From Octopus sinensis (lineage: Eukaryota): a DNA stretch of 64,000 nt. Under the pieces are notes generated by a model. It searched no databases. It was not told the origin of the DNA and saw nothing but the letters and a program-made list of their open reading frames with translations. The stretch lies in the NCBI RefSeq assembly GCF_006345805.1, contig NC_043014.1, positions 18,476,001 to 18,540,000 of the forward strand, given 5' to 3'. The position numbers and the translations under genes were made by a program. The number at the start of each line of letters is the position of its first letter. Position 1 is the first letter of the stretch. This document shows positions 57,123-64,000 of the stretch, in pieces.

Positions 57123-59141
57123 TTCCGGTTAACCAGAATGCAACACTAGTTGGTCTGGACTGTTACAGTGAGAAGATGTGAGTTTCGGCTCCGTGAATAG
57201 AAAAAAAAGAACAAAAAGAAAAATTGTCATTTATGGCTCACTATAGCCAGCAAAATACTGGATTCTCATCATCGTAACAGTGAATTGAGAATTTTTGCTT
57301 GAAAATTATTTTTGTAAATTCTAGTGGGCGTATCTCGCCAGAAAAATAAGAATAAGCCATTTAGATTACCTTTTAGGAATATTATACAAAGGATTCCCTG
57401 TCTGTGCTATTGGTGAGGTTTTCTTTTACTTTCCCATTCTTCTATTTTTTCTTTCTTTCTAAATTTTGGTTCATTCTTTTCATTACTTTAATTTCAATTT
57501 CCTGCCCTCCTCTTTTATTTTTTTAATTTTTATTCGGTTTAATTTTTTGGCAGACTGTCTTTTGAACTACTTTTGAACTGTTTTTTGACATGGGAGAGAA
57601 TGAACATAAAAAGAAAAACTCTGTCTTAGAGTGGGAAATTAACCCGCCTAAGCAGTGGTCAAAAGATATGGAGGAGAAGACGATGGTACTTAGAACTTAT
57701 TCTAAAGTTCTTAATTCCATCACCGTCTTCCCAAAACAAGTCATAAAAAATGAACTTAAAGAATATTTGTCCTCTTTAAAATATATATCCCGTGGTGTCA
57801 AACATGCAACCGTATGGTTGCTGCTTGACAACGGGGAAAAGGCTCGCCAATTTGCGAGTCACCTTTAGAAGGCAAGGAAATTCTGTTCCTTCCGTCATAT
57901 TGTGGAAGAAAATTAATACGAACCTGGGTATGTGGGTTACCCGCAGGCACCGAAGCGGATTGGATTGAAGATACCATCCGACGGGGACTGGGGGATGGCG
58001 GGCCCAGGCTCTTAAATGTAAGGCTATTGCCGGCGGTCGATTGGGAAGGGTCAAAAGCGACTTTGACCCTGTGGACCCCATCGGCCGCAACAGATCTGGT
58101 TTTTCCAGATTTCTTGAAAATGGCTGGCTGCAGGTATCCGGTGATACTTGAAGGACGTCCCCCCAAGTTTCACTCGTGCCTGCAACCAGACCACATTAAA
58201 AGGAACTGCCCCCAGGACCATGGTAAGGTCCTGGAACAGTCACTAGATGCCACCTCCCCTACCCGGCAAAGGGAGAGGTGGATGTGGTCGAGGAGGTTTC
58301 AGCCTCCTCAACTCAAAAAGGATTAAAAAGGAAGAAGGCGGGCAACAATAGTTGCCCGCCGAAGGAACCTAAGGCTTCGGGAGGCGGGGGAGAGTCTCCG
58401 GACAAAGCGGAAGAGCTCCACTCTCCCGAAGTCAGGAAGAAAAGAAAAAAAAGAAGGAAGAAGAACGGGTCATCTCAGCGGGGAGATGATGTGCCGTCTG
58501 CATGTCCCGAAGTTGTGCCACCCACGGTGGAAGAAACCACTCCCACCCTTAAAGATGATCAATTAATTATCTTTTTCTATAAGGGCGGGGAGGTGGAAAA
58601 AATAGTAGAAGAACATAAAGAGAAAGTAAATCCCGAATGGCCTCCGCAGATAGCTGTGGAGGTCATAAGGTTTCCCATGTGGGAAAGGCTTTGGGGAGGA
58701 ATGTCGCATATGACCGGGTGGCCCTTACACGATTTACATGTCCTACATGAGTGAGGCATGGTAAATGGCGGGATACAGGAACTCAAGTGGCATTGAAGAT
58801 CATGATGAATATATCGAAGAGTAGGAGGTGAAAAACCCTTGTTATAGGGTTTGAAACGTCATCTTATTGTATTATTTCTAGTGGTTTATAACCTCAATTG
58901 TGTGTTTTAAAAAAACATGTTAAGTAAGAGGTTTTAGTGCCTCCTTCTTGTAAGAGGTTTGAAACCTCATATTGATTTTAAAAAAAAGAAAATATGTTTT
59001 CGAGAAAAATCCAATCGGCGGGTGTTGGGTTTCGTCTCTCATTTATTCATTCTATTTCATTTTCATTCATTAATGTGTTTGTCCAGTCCGAAAAGCTACA
59101 CACTCTTTGTACTGTCTATGATGACAAATTTTATGAAATAA
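57123..59141 (+). mobile_element. ORF1-only L1/Tx1-like non-LTR retroelement (half-L1/HAL1-like), full length, with target-site duplication
   Basis: TSD agtagcttgtttac at 57109-57122 and 59142-59155; 5' (ac)ttccggtt; 3' AATAAA; one gag-like ORF; no RT or endonuclease. Confidence 0.8.
57590..58754 (+). pseudogene. Gag-like ORF1 (~385 aa) with an RRM-like segment and degenerate CCHC knuckle; two frameshifts
   Basis: Frames join at ~57860 and ~58275: MGENEHKKK...PLEGKEILFLPSYCGRKLIRTWVCGLPAGTEADWI...VILEGRPPK-F-HS-C-LQPD-H-IKRN-C-P, followed by a basic/acidic low-complexity tail. Confidence 0.75.
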
Positions 59142-59337
59142 AGTAGCTTGTTTACGAACCACATGGTTCCGGGTTCAGTCCCACTGCGTGGCACCTTGGG
59201 CAAATGTCTTCTACTATAGCCTCGGGCCGACCAAAGCCTTGTGAGTGGATTTGGTAGACGGAAACAGAAAGAAGCCCATCGTATATATGTATATATGTAT
59301 ATATCTATATCTATATCTATATCTATATCTATATCTA

Positions 59338-59383
<46 letters not shown>

Positions 59384-59639
59384 ATATATATATATGTTGT
59401 GTATGTATGTGTGTGTATACGTTTGTGTGTCTCTGTTTGTCCTTCCAACATCGCTTGACAACCGATGCTGGTGCCTTTACGTCCCTGTAACTTAGCGGTT
59501 CGGCAAAAGACACAGATAGAATAAGTACTAAGCTTACAAAGAATAAGTCCTGGGGTCGATTTGCTCGACTAAAGGCAGTGTCCAGCATGGCTAGAGTCAA
59601 ATGACTGAAACAAGTAAAAGAGCAAAAGAGTAAAAGAGG

Positions 59640-60170
59640 CATGTAGATAATGCGTTATCATAGCAGTACAATGGAATAGCTATAGAGAAGATCATTATCC
59701 ATAACTACACTATTAGTATTTTCGATTTGCCTAAAGACTCAGTTCTTCATTCTATTCAGCGACTTCTCCTGTAGGATGTGTACAGATGTTACCCAGGACA
59801 GTGGTAACAACATCTCTCCTTACTCTTCATCAGCTGAAACAAAATCATTTATATTATTAATTCTTTTCAGTCTTCTCTAAATTTCTTAATCTCTTTATGC
59901 ACAGCTTCTCTTTACAGCACGCTACTAAAAGTAAAACTGTTCTTTTCTCACAGCTCTCGCCCTTGTCGACAACAATTTCAGATCAATACCATTACTACTA
60001 TTTATTTATTTTTCTTATTCTGGAATTGTTCTGCTCTCTAATTCAGTAAAGATTGTATATCTAGAATTTAATGCGTTCTCCACGCGGGTTAATACAATGA
60101 ATTTGTTCTCTTCCAACGCATAGTTTTCTTCGGACTACATATATCGATGCAAACTAGGTACGCTATATAA
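59640..60170 (-). mobile_element. Degenerate RTE LINE RT C-terminal relic
   Basis: R.R.ALNSR..IF.EL and ACCKE.LC/RL.KTEK-type residual RTE pattern. Confidence 0.45.
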
Positions 60171-61186
60171 AAATAGAATGGTGGTTGCCTTCATCTACAA
60201 AACTGAGTAGTGTGCCGTTTTACCCAACAACTTGAAAGAATCTGTTTCCCAAGCCAAAGTTCTCGTTACAGAGTGAGGCCTGAGTGTGTTAACAAATCAA
60301 CCTATGATCTGAAACGATGTTCAGTTTCAGGGGGAAATCAGGCACTTTGTCAATTACGAAATGAGGGTTCCCGTCGATCCGATCAATGGAACAATCTGTT
60401 CGTGAAATTAAAGTGCAAGTGGTTGAGCATCCCACAAACACGCAGACCCTTAAAGTAATGATCAAGGAGGTTCAGCGTCCGGCCCTTTGAAATATAGGTA
60501 CAACTTATTTTTGCCGGTTGAATTGACTGGAGCAACGTGAAATAAAGTGTCATGTTCAAGGAGAGAAGCGCTGTCCCATATCGTACTCGTGACCTTATTA
60601 TCATGTGACGAATACTCTAATCGTTGAGTCAGACCCCTCCAATCTGGGAAAAAAACTCCAGAGCACTTGCAGAAGTGGACGAAACGAGTTCTAGCTGGAT
60701 TTGATGTAAAAGGAAAGTGAAGGATCTTCACGAGTCATAACATAATATATGTAAAATTAGGGCCCCGTAACTGTTTGATTGCAACGGCCAAGCATGTTTG
60801 ACTTGGGGCACCTGACCACCTAGAAATATGCAGGTGAAAATACAATCTGTGGCATAAATGTGATAGCGGAAGGGCATCCAAATGGCATGATCTGATGCAG
60901 CTAGTTAAGAAGTTAAAGGCTGAAACAATTGCATTAACAATTGCATTTTCCGTTCTCCTTAAATTCTCTATCTATCTACATACTTAACTAAAACATCATG
61001 AAGCCAGTAAGATGGTTGGCATTGCTATAAGAAGCATAATGCATCAAAAGCATACCATGTGGCATCTTGTTGTTCATTCTAACAACTCCGTATTTGTACT
61101 ATTACCATCGAGTTCGAATGGCTGAAATGAATAAAATGAATGACAAGCTAAGTCGATCCCGGCAGGATTTAAACACAGACCTCAGG

Positions 61187-61285
<99 letters not shown>

Positions 61286-61650
61286 TGTATATATAGTTAG
61301 GGAATGCATACACCTATCTATCTATCTGTCTGTCTGTCTGTCTGTCTGTGTATCTATCTCTGTCTGTCTCTCTTTCTCTATCTATACAGACACACTTATA
61401 CACATACATATATATTTCTACACACATATCTTTTATCTTATTCCTTCTTTCAATGATTAGACTACGGCCATGTTGGGGCACCGCATTGAGGAATTTCAGT
61501 CGATTTAATGTTTGATTTGTTATGAGATTTTTAGAATAATAATATTTAATTAATTTCTATGTGGTTATTATAGATAATATCTTTTCACTATTGATTGAAT
61601 AATTAAATAGCGGTTTGTCTCTAATTCACACACATACACACACACACATG

Positions 61651-61949
61651 TATTGTATTTCGGGATAGTCATATTTTTGTCAAATAAACACACGCAGTGT
61701 ATATTCGTTCTTCACACACTTATTACTGTTCCTCTTTTAACTGTCAGAATTGACTACGCGGAGCAGGAGCACACATTGGAACGGATAGTGTCCATGAAGA
61801 GGTCACAGATGTGTGACGAAAGATTTCAATGGATATGAGCTAAAATAAGAACAGTAATAAACGAGGAAAGAACGAATATATAGTGCATATATTTATTTGG
61901 TAAAAACTAAAAGAAAAAAGAAAAATGACCATCCCAGAATACAGCAATA
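61651..61949. mobile_element. MITE with imperfect ~85-bp terminal inverted repeats
   Basis: tattgtatttcgggatagtcat...atattcgttctt...ttattactgttc is mirrored by gaacagtaataa...aagaacgaatat...atgaccatcccagaatacagcaata. Confidence 0.6.
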
Positions 61950-62144
61950 TCTAATTCAATAAAAATATGTGTGTGTGTGTACGTTCACGTGTGTGCATAT
62001 AATAGAGTAAAAAATAGAATGTCCATATTACAGTATTGTATAGAAAAATTAAAACAAACGGCTTTTCTGATAACTTTTCCTTTTTAATTATTAGATAAGT
62101 ATTAAAGTGGAAACGTTATCAGAAAAGATACTACTCTTCATTTT

Positions 62145-62225
<81 letters not shown>

Positions 62226-62299
62226 TGGTAAAGTCAAATATTTACGTAAGTGTTGGTAAATCATGGAAAGAATATAGAGACTTTACAAGGGATGATTAA

Positions 62300-63280
62300 T
62301 ATAGAGGAAAGCAAGCATGAAAAGGGTTTAGGTTTCAAAGTTCTTAACATTACCATGAGAACTAGTAATATATTGCGTACTAAATTCTAATAGAACACTC
62401 CTGATACGACTCAAAGTTAAGCCTAGTGAAATATTAATCATCTAAATTCTAACTCCTAGATGCGATAACCATGTAGAGAAGAAATTCTATGAATATAGAG
62501 AAAAATCACTTAGCGAACAACACAGGAAAGACAAAACTAATAATTCAAGACAAGTGAAATGCAAATATTGGATCAGATGTTTATGATACATGGAAAGGAG
62601 CAGTTGGTGGCATGAAAAACATTAGCAAGGAAGTAAAATTATTAGCATTTTCAAAACAACACAAACTATTTATAGCAAATGCATTGCATCAACACAAACC
62701 GTCAAGAACAATAACATTGCATTCATCCAGAGGGATATATTATAACAAAATCGATTTTACTCTCATCCCCAATCGATTATAAATGGAGTTAAAACTCGAG
62801 TTTCCCTTGGTGCAGATATAGGCAGTAATCACGAACAATTAATGTTGACAATAAACATTAAGCTCAAATCAGTCAAGAAGAACGAAAATGCAAATATATA
62901 ATATAATCTTGAAAAATTGAAAGACCATAACTGAGCGCAGCAGCAGAATCGAAAGTACAGATAGGAATAAAATTGCACACATTTTATTATTAGATGCAAA
63001 TATTCGAACATTAAAAAGAACCTTCAAACTAATAATAACAGGCAGCAAAATTCGTGGTAAAGGGAAGAAAGTTGTGGATAAATAAATGTTTTAATCAGGT
63101 GTGATGAACAAAGAGACCTGAAACAGAAATGATATGAAAATGAAACAGAATCGGCAGAATGTAAATTTGCCAGGAGGAGAGAAAAGAATGGAATTAGGGT
63201 AGAATAAGATAACATACATTAACGAAAGATGTGAAGATTTAATGGAATCAGATATTAAACAAACCTGCAAAACATAACAA
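62300..63280 (+). mobile_element. RTE (BovB-like) LINE apurinic endonuclease region, degenerate
   Basis: SNRTLLIRLKVKP, KFYE, IIQ..*NANIGSD, IANALHQHKPSR, NKIDF, GADIGSNH, YNLEKLKD. Confidence 0.8.
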
Positions 63281-63633
63281 ATGCATGAATGTTTTTCCCG
63301 GGGAATGAGCAGCTAAATATTCAATTGTCGATAATAAAAGGAGATAACATGCATTTTCTTTTCAACTTTTATTAGTTTTATTCATTTGGCAACGGACCTG
63401 GTGAGGTACGGTGTTTGATGATCTTAGTAAATTATGTTGGTCCACAGTACGTTTTGCTGACGATTATTCATCGTTGCCATATATACGAATAGTAAAAATG
63501 AATACTGAATCATTGGAACTGAAGCGGTCGGGCACATCACTGGTTATGTTACGTAGATATATGTACACACACGCGCGCGCTGGGAGTAGTGCTCCAGTTT
63601 CACCGCAGCTGTATGGCTGAAACGAGTAAAAGA

Positions 63634-63687
<54 letters not shown>

Positions 63688-64000
63688 ATGTGTGTGTGTG
63701 TGTGTGTGTATGTGTGTGTGTGTGTGTGTGTGTGTATGTATGATATTAAACTATTTCTGGATAATTTTCTTTTCTTCCCTCTATTGTGGTAAAAGTTTGG
63801 TATATACTCAAAAGTTTTCATAAAACATTTCATCCTTTTGTTATAATTCTTCTTAATAATCCTCTGAATAACCCTAAACCTTAACTTTATACAATATCGC
63901 AGTATTTCTTTAAATATTTAACTATAGTACTACATGATAAGATATACCTTGTTTCATTATCAATAGTCTGCTAGTGGCCAGCCCCTTAATTTTCAGCTAA

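Larger units (their letters stand above)
57086..59638 (+). mobile_element. Dominant-family SINE split in two (57086-57122 and 59142-59638) by a 2-kb insertion
   Basis: The SINE head stops after agtagcttgtttac and resumes with the same 14-mer at 59142. Confidence 0.9.

Noticed and set aside
60200-60720. Possible Ty3/gypsy RNase H relic
   Set aside because: Only faint motif resemblance, no LTRs and no continuous frame.

Overview
Eukaryotic, AT-rich, repeat-saturated DNA. It is most likely from an Octopus genome, an inference from the very dense (TA)n/(TATG)n/(TCTA)n/(AAT)n microsatellites and the abundant tRNA-derived SINEs. No intact host protein-coding gene is recognisable, and most listed ORFs are microsatellite translations. 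The window holds about 10 decayed R4/Dong-type non-LTR retrotransposon pieces (RT plus restriction-like endonuclease) stacked in (AAT)n tracts. It also holds a full-length dead mariner, a Tc1 relic, RTE and CR1-like relics, several MITEs and many SINEs. Two observations stand out. (1) About eight small elements of several unrelated sequence families, mostly flanked by (TA)n, each carry a minimal type-I hammerhead-ribozyme-like fold of the Penelope/retrozyme kind. (2) A complete 2.0-kb ORF1-only (half-L1/Tx1-like) retroelement with a 13-14 bp target-site duplication sits inside the tRNA-like head of a SINE. Several microsatellite-bounded tandem and fold-back duplications could be real or assembly artefacts. 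All calls were made by eye; no alignment or database search was run, and the boundaries of degenerate relics are approximate.
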